Source: Lytechinus pictus
Lineage: Eukaryota
DNA length: 64,000 bases
Assembly: GCF_037042905.1 (NCBI RefSeq)
Contig: NC_087252.1
Span: 19,656,001-19,720,000, forward strand
Direction of reading: 5' to 3'
Positions within the stretch are counted from its first letter, which is position 1; each line of letters begins with the position of its first letter. The notes beneath the pieces were generated by a model. It was not told the origin of the DNA. It made no database searches and saw only the letters and a list, made by a program, of their open reading frames with translations. Both the position numbers and the translations under genes were made by a program. This document shows positions 1 to 12,972 of the stretch, piece by piece.

Positions 1-46
1 TTTATGCCACAAAACCGCTTTCCAGTCCAGGCTTACAGAAATAACT

Positions 47-247
47 GGGCAATTCCATAAAATGTTCAACCTTATTGTACATCTGACCCCCATTTTTCTC
101 AAGTCTTACTTCACTTCATAAATTGACCAAGTCATGGTCCTTTGAGAACATTACAGACTGTCAAAAGAACATGAAATTCAGAGATAGAGAATTTTGTGAA
201 GGTCACACGCATAGGGGGTTGGAAGTACATATATTATGGAATTGCCC
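47..247. mobile_element. ~200-bp MITE (GGGCAATTCCAT TIR); related copies ~11978-12158 and ~51995-52190
   Basis: Terminal inverted repeats and three similar copies in the window. Confidence 0.75.
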
Positions 248-259
248 AACTTTGTAAAA

Positions 260-440
260 AAGGAGACTACCAGGACGTCCCCTTCCAGATGGAGACATGT
301 CAGACATGATGTCATGGTGTGGGACTCCCTCTACTGGATGCTGAAGGCCTAGCCCAGGGTAGAACTGAATGGAAAAGGATCACCCGTAGGAGAGCGAAGG
401 GACACACCGTCCTATTCACCAAAGTCAGTAAGTCAAGTCA
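260..440 (+). mobile_element. RTE-like LINE 3' fragment
   Basis: Degenerate RLPGRP..RW..AEGLAQGRTEWKRI followed by an AGTA/AGTC short-repeat tail. Confidence 0.5.
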
Positions 441-1324
441 TATACTAAAGGACTAGATGATCAAACTTGAGGATATACTACTGGTTTGAAATTATGGCAG
501 TTCTTGTTGCAAGTGAAAAAAATCCCATAATCATCAAACATCAAACACATGACATTGGTTTCTTGAGTTTCTCCACACTTTGTGATATGGTAGATGACCA
601 GAGACACAGCATTAATCCATATTTGCCCTCCTATACCCGGGAGAAAAATGAGGACAAAGGGCCCTTTTCATGAAAGGATTCACAATTACGGTTATGTAAC
701 CATTACGATACGTACCATGGTCACAGGGCTTAGCTGCATACATGTACCAAAATCAATGTTCCCAACACAGTTACCGTAATGGAAAAAGTTGCAAAAATTT
801 CTTAAAGAAACTGGCCCTAACTAGATGTTGAAATCCATTGCACGAATTACTCATCATACATACACCCATGATGGGCAAATCCTTAGAATATTCCAAAGGG
901 AGTGGAGAGGGAGCATGTCGTACATAAATTAACCAACTACCAGGGCCCAGTATTCTCTGAATACATCAAGTAATCCCATGGCTATGCTCTTTTTACCCAA
1001 TGTACTTGCCGACAACTAAATGTACACGAGGAACTTTTCATGAATATGAGGACCCAATGCTTGTAAAGCGCCAAGTGACAGTAAAAAGCATGAAGTTGTC
1101 ATGACCGTTGGTTTCAAAACTTTCAGAATGATAGCTAAAACACTTCCTTGTCAATGAATTCACCCATGCAGACTGTAGAATCCTCCGTTAGCATGGTGAT
1201 GATTCAGAATACACATGTCAAAGCTCTTGACAACACGGCTTCTTAAGTTTATCTCCCTCTCTATGTCTTTGATTCCAGTAATAAAGTCCATATCTCTCCG
1301 ACGTTGGCTTCATCCAATTTACTA

Positions 1325-1548
1325 TCAATCCACCATCCCCGAATCACTACCCAGTTCTAAATTGGTGGAGAGGTCATCGTCTTCATCGTCGTCGTGGAGA
1401 CTGTCCCCGCCGCTTGCTCCTAAGTTGTCCAGCGATGAGACCGATGACGGCGACCGTTGCCTGACACCAAGCATAGGTGACATGCTGTCGGAGGATAGAT
1501 GTCTTACACTGTCTAATGCACTGCTAGAGAGGGCAGCCTCATCATCCA
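1325..1548 (-). CDS. PKNOX: PKNOX terminal exon, acidic C-terminus
   Basis: tttacag acceptor, phase 1; ...[23 protein letters not shown]. Confidence 0.8.
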
Positions 1549-4500
1549 CTGTAAAGGAAATAGATAAGAAATTATGGTAATGCATAAGCTCCTTCGAAAT
1601 GCAGGCTTAGAGGCTTGGAGAATATTTTGTTTCATGTTTTGTTTTTGAAGTTTTGTAAATCAAGATTTCAGTGACTGAAATGATTAGTCAGTGAAATTCA
1701 TCCCTTGTCAAAATTAACTGAACCCCATAAAATGTGATCCAAAGTCCTTTGGAAGCGCATACAGAGGTTCTATCATAATATGTATTATTATTGCTATGCA
1801 ATCAAATTGATCAGCAGTGACCAGGTCCCTCAGAAAGGACCTTTAGCCTTCAATCCTCTGGATGCCAGCTTACAAGCATTGATGCTTTCTTAGCAATTCG
1901 TACCAGCCACAGAGAAACATTCTTAGCGCATTGTTAGAGGCCCTGTTACAAGCAATGCCTAACGATATTGAAATCTTGGATAACTTTTGGCATCATAATC
2001 CAAAAGATGAGTCTAGGTCTACTGTTAGTGGTCTGATAGTACAAACAACGTTTACGTTTTTGAGCAGCCAGAACAGGTAAAATATCACTACCACCACCAC
2101 CACTATAATCTCTACAATAAAGAATGAACTTACAGCTTCTCCTGTCCAATGCATTAGTCCCACCTGCTGTTGACTGTGTTACTGTTGTCGTCTGACCAAG
2201 CTGGGCAAGCGACTGGGGCCAGAATCGTTGAGTTGATGGTCTGTTCTGACTCTTTGGTTTCTTGTTCTTCGTGGCAGCTTCGGGATTACTGGCGTCTAAC
2301 ATCGGCTGTAAGATCCGCCTTCTTGCATTGATGAACCTGGAAGTTGTGAGAAAAATAATAATGTAATACTTTCATGGAGAAATCTGGCAAACATAAACAA
2401 ACTTGCATAGAAGAGTTCTAATGCTATTCAATTATGGCTGGCTTAAGCAGTTCATAAAGTGAAGTAAGAATGTTGTATTTACAGGGGTCTGACATAGAAA
2501 TTTTATTTTATGACATTGCCTGATAGTGTCTATAAACATTAGAGTCATAAAGAAAATTATTTGAAATTAAACTCCTTTGGAAACACCAATTACTCATAGG
2601 AAAACACATTTCGACATCTAGCAAAGATGGGATTACAAGTCATACATATATATAGTAAAAATAAATTCCAACTTTTTGCATCAGCATAATGAAATCAAAT
2701 GATCTACTTTCCTTAGAGCAACCTGTAATTGGTCTATAGAAACAACAATATTTGAAAATAACATCAAAACCTCTAATTCATGGAAGAAATCTTTTTTATA
2801 CATTTTCAAAAAACCTGGCAATGCAAGCATTTATTTATAAAACATAAAAAAGAAGAAAAGAAGAACTTTTCAAATTGTCTACATGAATCAAGCAGTTAGA
2901 AGTAGGTTGTTTTTAAAACCTAACAAATAAAATAAAGATTACTTCTAATGAGATCTGTCAAACATGAAAAACAATAAATTTCTGTTACCATTAATTACTG
3001 TCTTGTCAATGAAATTTTAGGTGATATAATCATCTTCATATTGACTTACATTTATCAACCATCAACCATTTGCCAGTTGTCAACTTAAAGGTTAAGTCCA
3101 CCCCGAAAAATGTTGATTTGAATCAAGAGAGAAAAATCAAACGAGCATAATGCTAAAAATGTCATTGAAATCGGATGTAAAATAAGAAAGTTTTGACATT
3201 TGAAGTTTCACTTATTTTTCATAAAACATTTCTATTCACAACGCAGTGACATGCAAATGACAGAGTCGATGATGTCCATCACTCACAATTTCTTTTGTTT
3301 TTTATTGTTTGAATCATACAATATTTATTTTTTTACCAATTTGGCATTAAGGACCAACTTAACTGAACCATAAAATGTTATAACAATGGGAATACCACAT
3401 GTTCAGGGAGGAATAAAAATTTGTTTCATAGGAAAATGAGGAGAAAATTTGAATATTTCACATTTCATATAATAAAATACAAAAGAAATAGTGAGTGAGT
3501 GATGTCATCAGTTCCCTCATTTGCATACTGACCAGGATGTGTATCTATTTTGTGAAATTAAGCGAAACTTAAAAATGTAATAACTTTCTTATTTTACATC
3601 CGATTTTGATGAAATTTTCAGTGTTATGCTTGTTGGATTTTTCTCTTTTTCTTCAAATCAACTTTTTGTTGGGGTGGACTTGTCCTTTAACTTACCAATT
3701 ATTAACTTGTAACATAGTAAGATTGGTTTGAGCTGCTATCATTCTCTTTTCATCTTCACTGGGATACGGATGCTGTAATCAAAACACCATGAAAACAAGA
3801 GATAATTCCATGAAAAAAATCAAGATTACCAGACTTGTGAGGAAACTAAAACAGAAGTAGTACAAGGATTTAATGACAGAAGATGTGAAGAGAGAGAAAC
3901 AAGTATTTTTTTAAATAAATCTAATAAAGTAATTATGTCATGAAACTTGTATGGTAACATTGTTATCAATGGTAATTACTCTTAGAGTTGGGATAGGGTA
4001 AGTGGCTACCCTGGGTAAAATATAACATTATTGTCATAATTATTACTTTTAAGCTCAGCAGCAATCAGAATCAAGGCTAATATAGTACATACAATTGGTG
4101 GGGAAATTACCTTTATAATCAATTTGTAGTAACTGGGTCCAAGATCTTAAATAGATCAATATTCTTCTGTCCCATAGACTTTATGTGGCAGCGGTGGGAT
4201 GATTCTCATTGGAAGGACCTCTTAGTTTTATTTTTTTTAATTTAAAGTTGAACAGCAATGGAATACCTTTATTTTGATGCTTGCCCCAGTCAAAATCTTG
4301 CATAAATATATGACATTCATTTTTAAAAGTCCCTTTGTTTTTGTTTTCTTAACTAATATTTGCCAGGCATTTTTTTACTTCAAGGCCACTTTTTTTTGCA
4401 CACAGCCATAAGCAGGATTTTTTTTTTCTAAAGGGGTAGAATGTATAAAATTTTCAGGAAAACATACAAGCTCCAGAGTGAATCAAACAAGACTTTTACA

Positions 4501-6067
4501 AGAGAGTTGTATTGTTCCATTTTTTAGTGAAGACCTGAGGGGGTTCAAATTTACCACTGCCCCACCCCCCCCCCAATAAAAAGGGATACGTTTTCAGATG
4601 TAAGAGCGTTAACTTACCACTATGTGTTGGAACAGCCATGACCTCATGACGGTGGTCGCATGCTTCGGTAGCACCCCTCGTTTGGGCTTCCTCTTGTTGA
4701 GCAGGTCGTTGACCTCGGCAGCGTCCGCCATCGCGACCCTGAGATCCCCTTGGCTGAGAGAGAGCATGCTGGGAGGTTGCTGTTGACCCGCACTTTGACC
4801 CTGATGTGAGATACCGATCTGTGAAAGAGGAGTAGAACCATGTATGATCGGTACCACGTGTTGTTGTTGTTGCTGCAGTTGCTGCTGAGGTTCGGACTTC
4901 TTCTTGTGGTGGTGGTGGTGGGCATTGTTGCCTGGAATGGACTACAAGAAGGAAAACAACGGTGTTGCCTAGAGGATCTACTGTAGAGGGCTTTCGCATC
5001 ATAAGAGTGTCATCAAGGTGCAGTCCATCTACAACATTCCTACAGAAAGTTTAGCTCATGAGAGCTCAATGTGACAGTTAAGACTGGAGGAACGCTACTA
5101 AGGGTTTCTGGAATCTTACAGAGAATATATGATGGATGCATGAAATTCCAGGATTATTTTGTTCAGGGAAGGGAAAAAAGGGAGAGACATCAGCTCTGGA
5201 TGAGATCACTTCAAACTAGGATGCATATATCCTCATTAAGTTTTATGTTTGATGTAATTGACCGTCTGTATTTTCCCCCACCAATCTACCCTTGTAGATT
5301 AAGAGACAAATTAATATTTTTCTCAACCAAACTCTCTGGGAGAATAGCTGTATATCGTCCATTTGTATACTTCAAAGATTGTTGAAAATAACATTTTTTT
5401 TTATAATGTCACTTATTGTGTAATGTGGAACTCTGTGAAGAGCTTCATGAGACTCTCTTGACATCTAGAAATCATTAGACTATACTTTTAAAATACTCTC
5501 TAAGGCAGTCTACATTAAATTTTACACATGCAGCATGTGTACCAAGTAACAGGTGAACTCAATCGCCCAGAGTGAAATCCAATCTTGTGACCAATATTCA
5601 ACCTATCAACTCATGTGATAAAATCGTAATCTGGCCCATCCTGGCCGACAGTACCCAAAACAGGCTAAGGACTATCAGATGGATAGCATAATAAATGGCC
5701 GATCCCTATAATTCCACTTAATTAGTGCAAATATCCAGTGACTGCAAAGTCTACACTACCCCAATACAAGTTCAATTATATTTACATACATAGTGAAGAA
5801 GACACACTTAAATTAACATATCCATCTAAAAGAAAACAGACCGGAGATAGAACATTCACCGTTGCATCCTCAATGGAATGGAACAAACTCCCTCTCACAA
5901 TAAGACAATCCCGAACAATCAAGTCCTTTAAGAAGTCCCTTAAAACTCTTTTGTTCTAGCCAACTGCCTTCATTTAATATGTCATTCTGATTTTTTGTTT
6001 GTATAAATATGTTAACTGAAATTGTGAGCGCTTTGGGCCATGTGGGAAAAGCGTGTTATAAATATTG

Positions 6068-6124
<57 letters not shown>

Positions 6125-9100
6125 GTGCTTAACACTTTCTCTATCTGAAGTCTCTAAGCACTCTACAATAAATGCAGCATTATTACCCTGGCTTTAGCAG
6201 AGCTACTGTTACACACCAGGCGTTTTTCAAGGAATAAATTAATGCCAGGTCTCCATTTACCTCACCTGGGTTGAGTGCAGCACAACATTGCTAAATTTCT
6301 TGCTGAAGGAAATTAACGTCTAGAGTTGGATTCGAACTCTTGACGCTCTGATTAATAGACGAAAGTCAGAACCACCACACAATGATCCCTTCTCAAGACA
6401 GATTACTTAGAGGCCTGTATTCTCAAAAGAGGTTTCAATTTTACCATGGATTTTGTCAATTTCTTGTCATTTTGCACTTCAATTTTAGTGCCCTTTGGCA
6501 AAAGCATGCGTTTAAAGGTATATATGAGTTATGGTAACAACACGACAAGGGTTGTGTGGTCCAGTGGTTAGACCATTGGACTCATAATCGCAAGGTTGTG
6601 AGTTCGAATCCCTACTCTGCCATTGTCTCCACTTTGATAAAAAGGCCCGAGAGTAATATCTGTCATCTATAACGTCAGCCACTATGACTGATTAACCAAG
6701 ACGTAAAATGTTTCCTAGGTAATTGGTTATATACCAGCTTGGCGTTTACCAGCAAAAATGCTGTCCTGCCGAGTTCCTATGGGAGTTACCATAAACAGAA
6801 ACAGAAATTTTAAAATGAGTTCGTATAGAATGCAATAAGATGACGTACCACCCAAGTGTCTGTAAGTGCCAAATGATTCTGGAAGATATTGTGTAATTGC
6901 TGAGAAATAAGCAAAATAATCATGGTATTTCACCAGATTGTAAGGGTTTTTTCCAAGCAATAATAATCCACTGTCCCACAAGTACTTATCTGTGTCGGCC
7001 ATCTTCAGTGTGATCGTTTTTCTAGCTTAGATTTCATGATTTCACAAAGTTCCGTTTAGGTAACTATGTCAGTTCCAGACCTAGGATGATATGGTGACAA
7101 TATACCTTGGTTTTACAGACTTTCTCATGAATTTGGCTTTAACTGCAACTACTTTCTTTTAATCATGTACAAAATCTGCAAAGTCTGTTTTTTGTGACCT
7201 ATTGAAACCTCTTTCGTGAATTCGGACCATAGAGACTGCACTCACCTGAGTTAATAATCCCTGTGGTGTCACGACACCCTGTGGTATAACTGGAGTGTAG
7301 ACGACCTGACCCGCAGAGTTGACTACCGTAGCTGCCTGATACTGAAAGAGAAAAGTCATAAGATAATCGTGCCAAGCCCTGAATAACCAGCAAACTAAAA
7401 CGAATACTTCACATTTGCATTTTAGAGATATCGGAACGAACAAACGTAATTTAAAAACTATACAATGTTGTATGGGAGGCCAGGGTAATGAGTAAAGGAG
7501 TGGTTTTGAGAAGTGATTTCTTGTTACTTGATAAATGAGGCATGCTGCCCAAGTTTGAAGCCATTGAATATGTTCTAATTGAGTAACAGGGATGGCCATT
7601 GCAGTAATCTAAACGGGATAGAACTAGAAAACGTGGTGCATTATCACAGGCTGATTGAGCAATGTATCTTCTAATTCGAGAAATACTCCTTAGATGAAAA
7701 GTTATAGTACAATTAGAAAAATTGTCCATCATTGTTACTTATTGAATTTCAAGGACTACTTTTCTGCAACAAGCAATTATGCTGTAAAAGCTTTTCTCAT
7801 TATTCTACTTTTCGATTTTCTAAACCTTCATGAATATTTTTTCTGGCTAATCTTGGGGTGACTTTAGAAGAGATCATAGCCCAAAGTATTTAACTTGGGG
7901 AATCTTGGGGAGATTTGAGATTTTGTTAGGGTAAAACTCCCTATTGCCCTCATTTTTTTCCTATGCTGATTACCACTCCATAAAAATAGAGCTAAGGTTT
8001 TATTCAAGAGGGTACTAACTTGATTTGCCGGTGAATGTGTTCCATGTTGTAATATAACAGGTTGGCTGTTTGGTGTTGAGGTGGGATGGTTCTGGATCTA
8101 AAAACAATATGAAGAAAAGGGAAAAAGGAAGAAAATAAAAGATGTATCGCAACAGAAAAAGGCAATTGGAAAAATGGTAATCCATATAATGGATGTAATA
8201 ATCAATTAACATATAAGCTATGCACAGCGTCACTAATAATACTAATAATCATAATATACACATTTTTTTATACAGCAGTTTCAAACCGCTATAAGCAAAG
8301 AAAATAAGAATATACAAGATATCTAGGCAAAGAACAAGAAAGAATACGAAAGTGAAAACATCATTACAATTAATTGAACATAAGAATATAGAAATAATCA
8401 GAAAACATATAATTCAAATACAGAGTCGATACATGTATGTGTGTAAATTCAAATAGTCCTAACTTGTGATGTACTACTTAGAAACTATTGACAATTCATA
8501 TAGGTCCTATACAATAATCTACTAACACAATAACTTCAAATCTTACAGGAATCATGAGACATATGTTAATTATTCAAATAAGAACACGTAGTAGTATGAC
8601 AACAGCTCGCGCATTCATCACACTGTTTTAGGGATAAGGAATGTTTCTAAAGAACACATACCTGATTATGTCCGTGGGAGGTGGTTCTAGATCTAAGAGG
8701 GAGTCTTGATTCAACTCTCCCCTCCCCCTTTAATCCATTTAGAATAAGAAATGTCTCTTAAGAACACATACCTGATTATGTTCCGTGGGCGGTGGTTCTA
8801 GATCTAAGAGGGAGTCTGACTCCACTCTCCCCTCCCTCTTTTATCCATTAGAGATAAGAAATGTCTCTTAAGAACACATACCTGATTATGTTCCGTGGGC
8901 GGTGGTTCTAGATCTAAGAGGGAGTCTGACTCCACTCTCCCCTCCCAGTCCCCCCCCCCATCCCCCTTTAATCCATTAGGGATAAGAAATGTCTCTTAAG
9001 AACACATACCTGATTATGTTCCGTGGGCGGTGGTTCTAGATCTAAGAGATCTCCGTTGGATAAGTACTGACTATCAAATTGAGTGGCTTCTCCTCTAAAA

Positions 9101-12100
9101 ACATCAAAAAGAAAAGAAATATTCAGCGGTTACAAGTATCTTTAACAAGATATTAAACAGGAATTACATGTACCTAGTCAAGCTCTGACTTAAGTGGGGT
9201 CGTGCATGCTAAATTCAAGTTGATTGAAATAAATACAGTGACATTAAAAGAGAAACACAAAGGAATTTCATGAAAATTATTCACAAATATGTAGAATTTT
9301 GTGAATAGTTATAGGCAAATAAGCCATTTGAAAATTTCAATCTTTTATTTATTTAATATAGTATAAAAGGTGGAACATGTTATTATTTCACTGATGTACA
9401 TAGAGAATACATGTATTTCCAATTGAAACAAAACAAGTTACATCAATAAAGACCCATCAAAAGACTTTTGATTTTGGGACTAATGTTTGATTTGGAATTG
9501 AATGCACGTTTCTTGCAACATTGGGCTTTCAGGTATGGTTAATTACACACTAGGTAAATACATTGACCCTTATTCTGAACTCGGATCTAAGTTATGGTTT
9601 AATTATGGACAGCCATCTACAACAAATATCTGTAACAGTACAAGTATAAGTGGGCGTGTCGTGGTCTAGAGGGTCGTAGGTTCGAATCCTGGCCGTGACG
9701 TGTTTTCCTTCAGCAAGAAATTTATCCACACTGTGCTGCACTCAACCCAGGTGAGGTAAATGGGTACCAGCAGGAAATAATTCCTCAAAAAGCTGTGTGC
9801 ACATTAATCGGTAGCCTAGCTTAGCTGGGTAATAATAATAGCAGGGCCTGCTGAGAGAACAGTTTTCTGAACTGAAGTGGCTACCCTTAGGAAATATACC
9901 GTTATTATTATACTTTTATCATAGTTCAATTTATCTGCTCACTTGACACTCAATTCATTCATCACTGTCAGGAAATAATTAAAAAAAATTGTTTTCTCCA
10001 CCATTAAATCCACAAGAAAGAGCAGAGTAAACATTAGAAAACAAACAATTTACACAAACATTTGACATTTCAAGCTTTCCATAATTCAAACACAGCGTTA
10101 GACAGTAGTCTAACTTAAGCTGGTCTTCAAAATAAAGGCACCTGTAAACTTCTCATGAAGTCAGAGGCAAATGTCTCTTCTTTTGACAAAGTTAATCTAT
10201 CCCTTTGTTAAAACTTACCGTTCATCTCTCAATAAATTCTCACTATGCATCTTGCTCTTCAAACAAGTTATATATCTATGACAGAAGTCTTTACAAAGTT
10301 CATTAACCTTCTCCAGCTCTAGCAGGTGTATTCTTAGTACTTGGATTGCTTTGATCATCTGGAAGATATAAGAAATAACATTGATACAAATTGTTAGCAC
10401 TCACTGTGATCCTTTACTTCTATACTTGTAAGCATGCTGTAGAGTGCCACAATAAAGACAGAAGTTGGTTAGTTGAACTCAACAAACTTGCAAATTACTC
10501 TGAATCTGATAATTATAGAGTAATCTGCAAGATGCATTATCTCCAAACATATAGGAACACCCTCATAAAGAAAATAATAAATTGAATATTTAGTATTTTT
10601 CAATATCGCATAATTTTGACGTTGAAATATCGCCCAGCACTATATGAAAGTGGTTCAGCATCTCAATTTCATTCCTAATTAACCACACTTACATCATGAA
10701 TACATCAACATCCGGAAAATGCTGAAAATGTTTTCTTTTGGCATAAAAATTCTCCTTTATCATTAATTACAATGGCCCGTATTCTGAAGTCGGGTTTAAC
10801 TTAAACTCAGGTTTAAAGTTGTGGCTTAAGTATAGGAAGCCAAAAGTATCAACATTTTTATTAAGTTGTACGTATCTTATGTTTACTCTGCTCTTTCCTG
10901 CTTCATCGATGGTGAAAACAATCATCTATTTATACTTCCTAGATAATTATGAATGATTTAAGAGCCAAATGAGCTGAAATATGATATCTCTACTGTTAGT
11001 GATTTATGTAACAATTGGCCATCTATACTTAAACCACAATTTTAAACCTGAGTTTAACTTAAACCCGACTTCAGAATACGGGTCCATGGCTCATGTCCAT
11101 GGGTGGATCTAGTCGGATTACACACAATACTTTGGATGGGCCCACCATTATACACAAACAATATGACCCACGATATGGTATTGTATCCCACCCGACAGGA
11201 TCTACCACTGGTTCTGTACAACCCGGTTCAATAATGGCTGATTGATTCACTTCAACAACTATACTCACTAATGTATCAATTTCTGTGTCTTCAATAAAGA
11301 ATGTGCTGCCCTCTCTCTTCAGCCTGTTGACAAACTCCTCGATGTCGACATCAAAGCTCGCCGACGTCGGTGGGTCAGGTGACTGGGTGGCCTGTTCACA
11401 CTTCTCAAATAATAACGCCATGAGTGGGAACAGAGGGTGTCTAGAGATAAAAAAAATATAATGCCTTTGTTAAAGGTGGAGCGAGCTGTGTGTGCCTTAA
11501 AATAGGAGCGCCTTGAGCACCTACATGTAACAAGGTGATACATGTGCTTTATATATCCTACATTATTATCATCATTAGCATTATTATGATGCGAGTGAGG
11601 CAAAAATGAAAATGTGTTAAATCTGATAAATTTAACAATTTTACATAAAAAATTACGTTGATCAGGTGCCCATCAAAGTAAACTATCCGCACATTTTTTA
11701 TCTTGCTTATATGAAACCTTCTCATTTCTCAAGCATGGAATGTGCTGAAAATTTCAAGATATAATCTTTGTCTGTAGCTTTCTGACATTCAATCAACAAA
11801 TTAGTCAAGTAAGAACTTGAAAATCTCTAACACCTATTTTTTTAATAAACAATAAAAACATGAATGGTAGATGGTACTGGAATTGAATTCTTACAGCTGA
11901 AAAACCATCAATGACCTCTACATTTTTTAACAATTTGAATGTTAGAAGATACTCGAGCTACAGACTTCACATCAGAGCAATTCTGTAAAATAATCAACCT
12001 TTTTGTACATGCAACTCCCATTTACTTCATAAACTGACCAACTCATGATCATTTGACAGCATTGAAGACTGTCAAAAGAACCAGAAATCAGAGACAGAAA

Positions 12101-12451
12101 ATTTCATGAATGTCTCACATACATGGGGTCAGACGTGCATATTTCATGGAATTGTCCATCAGTGACCCGTACTGGTTGAGACAGACTTTAAAGTGAAGTA
12201 TACTCTGGTATTATATTAGTAATAATTATGGTTTTTTAAGCAATATTGGAGGCCATTAAGCTATATATAGAGAGTACTCACTGATATACTGCTCGCTTAT
12301 CTTTCTCTAACTGGACCTGTAATTCTTCTGCTTCTTCGGGAGTAAGGTTCCCAACTGATTCCGTTCCTGCCTTGAGGATGCTAGCAGGTACTGTCCTAGT
12401 CCCGGCAGGACGATGCTTACTCTCCGACTCTTCGCCGCTAGACTGCTGCAT
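1325..12451 (-). CDS. PKNOX: PKNOX/PREP TALE-class homeobox transcription factor, whole spliced CDS (~522 aa)
   Basis: Exons 12451-12282, 11440-11269, 10358-10219, 9094-9010, 8097-8020, 7341-7246, 4941-4618, 3772-3696, 2336-2134, 1548-1325 total 1569 nt; all introns GT-AG and in phase. MEINOX motifs [25 protein letters not shown] and [38 protein letters not shown] homeodomain [31 protein letters not shown]...[21 protein letters not shown]-type RPSTQRFWP. Confidence 0.95.
2134..2336 (-). CDS. PKNOX: PKNOX exon, homeodomain C-terminus
   Basis: [19 protein letters not shown]...RPSTQRFWP; donor gtaagt at 2133 (a same-phase gtggga donor 30 nt earlier is possible). Confidence 0.9.
3089..3686. mobile_element. 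Kolobok-like MITE family A (TTAA TSD; AGGACAAGTCCACCCC termini)
   Basis: TTAA at 3085-88 and 3687-90; TIRs. Other copies 24348-25389 and 30297-30874; partial copies ~21604, ~35371, ~46550-46970, ~54070-54277. Confidence 0.8.
3696..3772 (-). CDS. PKNOX: PKNOX exon, homeodomain TALE loop to helix 3
   Basis: [29 protein letters not shown]/gtaagt boundaries. Confidence 0.95.
4618..4941 (-). CDS. PKNOX: PKNOX exon, His/Gln-rich linker and homeodomain N-terminus
   Basis: ...[11 protein letters not shown]...[22 protein letters not shown]; donor gtaagt at 4617. Confidence 0.9.
5760..6123 (+). mobile_element. L2/CR1-type LINE 3' end with (ATT)n tail
   Basis: [38 protein letters not shown] is a typical ORF2 C-terminus; (ATT)n at 6070-6123. 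Confidence 0.8.
6124..6385 (-). mobile_element. tRNA-derived CORE-like SINE
   Basis: Reverse complement of the family at 9653 and 61425 (TGCTGCACTCAACCCAGGTGAGGTAAATGG; B box GTTCGAATCC). Confidence 0.75.
6549..6800 (+). mobile_element. tRNA-derived SINE (second family)
   Basis: A box TGGTCCAGTGG and B box GTTCGAATCC followed by a non-tRNA body; 3' end approximate. Confidence 0.6.
7246..7341 (-). CDS. PKNOX: PKNOX linker exon ([32 protein letters not shown])
   Basis: tttcag acceptor, CAG/gtgagt donor, 96 nt; resembles the PREP linker. Confidence 0.8.
7445..7730 (-). mobile_element. Degenerate L2/CR1-type LINE ORF2 fragment
   Basis: [43 protein letters not shown] across frameshifts. Confidence 0.75.
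8020..8097 (-). CDS. PKNOX: PKNOX linker exon ([26 protein letters not shown])
   Basis: Polypyrimidine tract + TAG acceptor, gttagt donor, 78 nt, phase 0-0. Confidence 0.65.
8628..9048. repeat. Four tandem 110-128-bp units, each containing a PKNOX exon 3' end and splice donor
   Basis: AGAACACATACCTGATTATG(T)TCCGTGGG.GGTGGTTCTAGATCTAAGAG at ~8651, 8761, 8871, 8999. Confidence 0.95.
9010..9094 (-). CDS. PKNOX: PKNOX linker exon ([28 protein letters not shown])
   Basis: tttTAG acceptor, CAG/gtatgt donor; phase 2->0 bridges the flanking exons. Confidence 0.75.
9653..9910 (+). mobile_element. tRNA-derived CORE-like SINE nested in a degenerate Harbinger-like MITE (~9565-10140)
   Basis: GTGGTCTAG / GGTTCGAATCC boxes, CORE-like body, (TTA) tail. 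Confidence 0.75.
10219..10358 (-). CDS. PKNOX: PKNOX exon, MEIS-B/HR2 region
   Basis: [47 protein letters not shown]/gtaag boundaries. Confidence 0.95.
10774..11084. mobile_element. PIF/Harbinger-like MITE (GGCCCGTATTCTGA TIR)
   Basis: Long TIRs; same family as 16915-17228 and 39046-40153. Confidence 0.85.
11269..11440 (-). CDS. PKNOX: PKNOX exon, MEIS-A/HR1 region
   Basis: [20 protein letters not shown]...IDTL; AG/gtgagt boundaries. Confidence 0.93.
12282..12451 (-). CDS. PKNOX: PKNOX coding exon 1 (MQQSSGEE...EKDKRAVYQ)
   Basis: Acceptor AG at 12477-12476, in-frame TGA upstream of ATG 12451, donor gtgagt. Confidence 0.85.
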
Positions 12452-12582
12452 CCTGATTGGTCAGGTTGCACTGGCCTAAAAATAATAAATGAAATAATAA
12501 TTTTAATAAGATCAATTTGCATAGTGCAGCAACTATATTAGTATGCTTTAAGTACAAAATAAATTTCTCAAACTAAACATTT

Positions 12583-12972
12583 CGTCTAATGCCAATTCGT
12601 CCAATTGCCAACTCGTCAACTATCACTTTGTCTACCATCAGTTCGTCCACTCACCACATGGTCTACTTTCATTTAGTCTAATGCCATTCTGTCTAATAAC
12701 CAGTTGGTCCAATAGCCATTTAGTCCAGATACCATTTGGTCTAATTAAACTAAAGTGTTAATTGTGCAAAATGAAGGAAAAGAAAATGGGTATTAGACCA
12801 ACTGGTTATTAAACGAAATGGTAATAGACGAACTGGTGATTAGACAAAGTGATTATTGTCCACCAAATGGTTGTTAGACAAAATGTTGATGGACGGCATG
12901 GCATTAGACTAAATGAAGGTAGACCATGTGGTGAGTGGACAAGTTGGCAGTGGACGAATTGGCAATTTACCG
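12583..12972. mobile_element. Foldback-type MITE with internal GTCYA/TRGAC subrepeats
   Basis: TGCCAATTCGTCCA...TGGACGAATTGGCA inverted ends; superfamily not assigned. Confidence 0.6.

Noticed and set aside
1215..1580. 121-aa plus-strand ORF
   Set aside because: Antisense shadow of the PKNOX terminal exon.
4942..5041. Upstream acceptor at 5040 and the 168-aa ORF 4496-5002 as PKNOX coding sequence
   Set aside because: Out of frame with the homeodomain or blocked by stops; only the 4941 start keeps the frame.
6549..6622. Possible tRNA-Met gene (CAT anticodon-like loop)
   Set aside because: Stems pair poorly and the sequence continues into a SINE-like body without a nearby T-run terminator; same reasoning for 9653, 53002 and 61425.
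8628..9048. CRISPR-like repeat/spacer appearance
   Set aside because: The 'spacers' are similar to one another, the context is eukaryotic and there are no cas genes; it is a tandem duplication.
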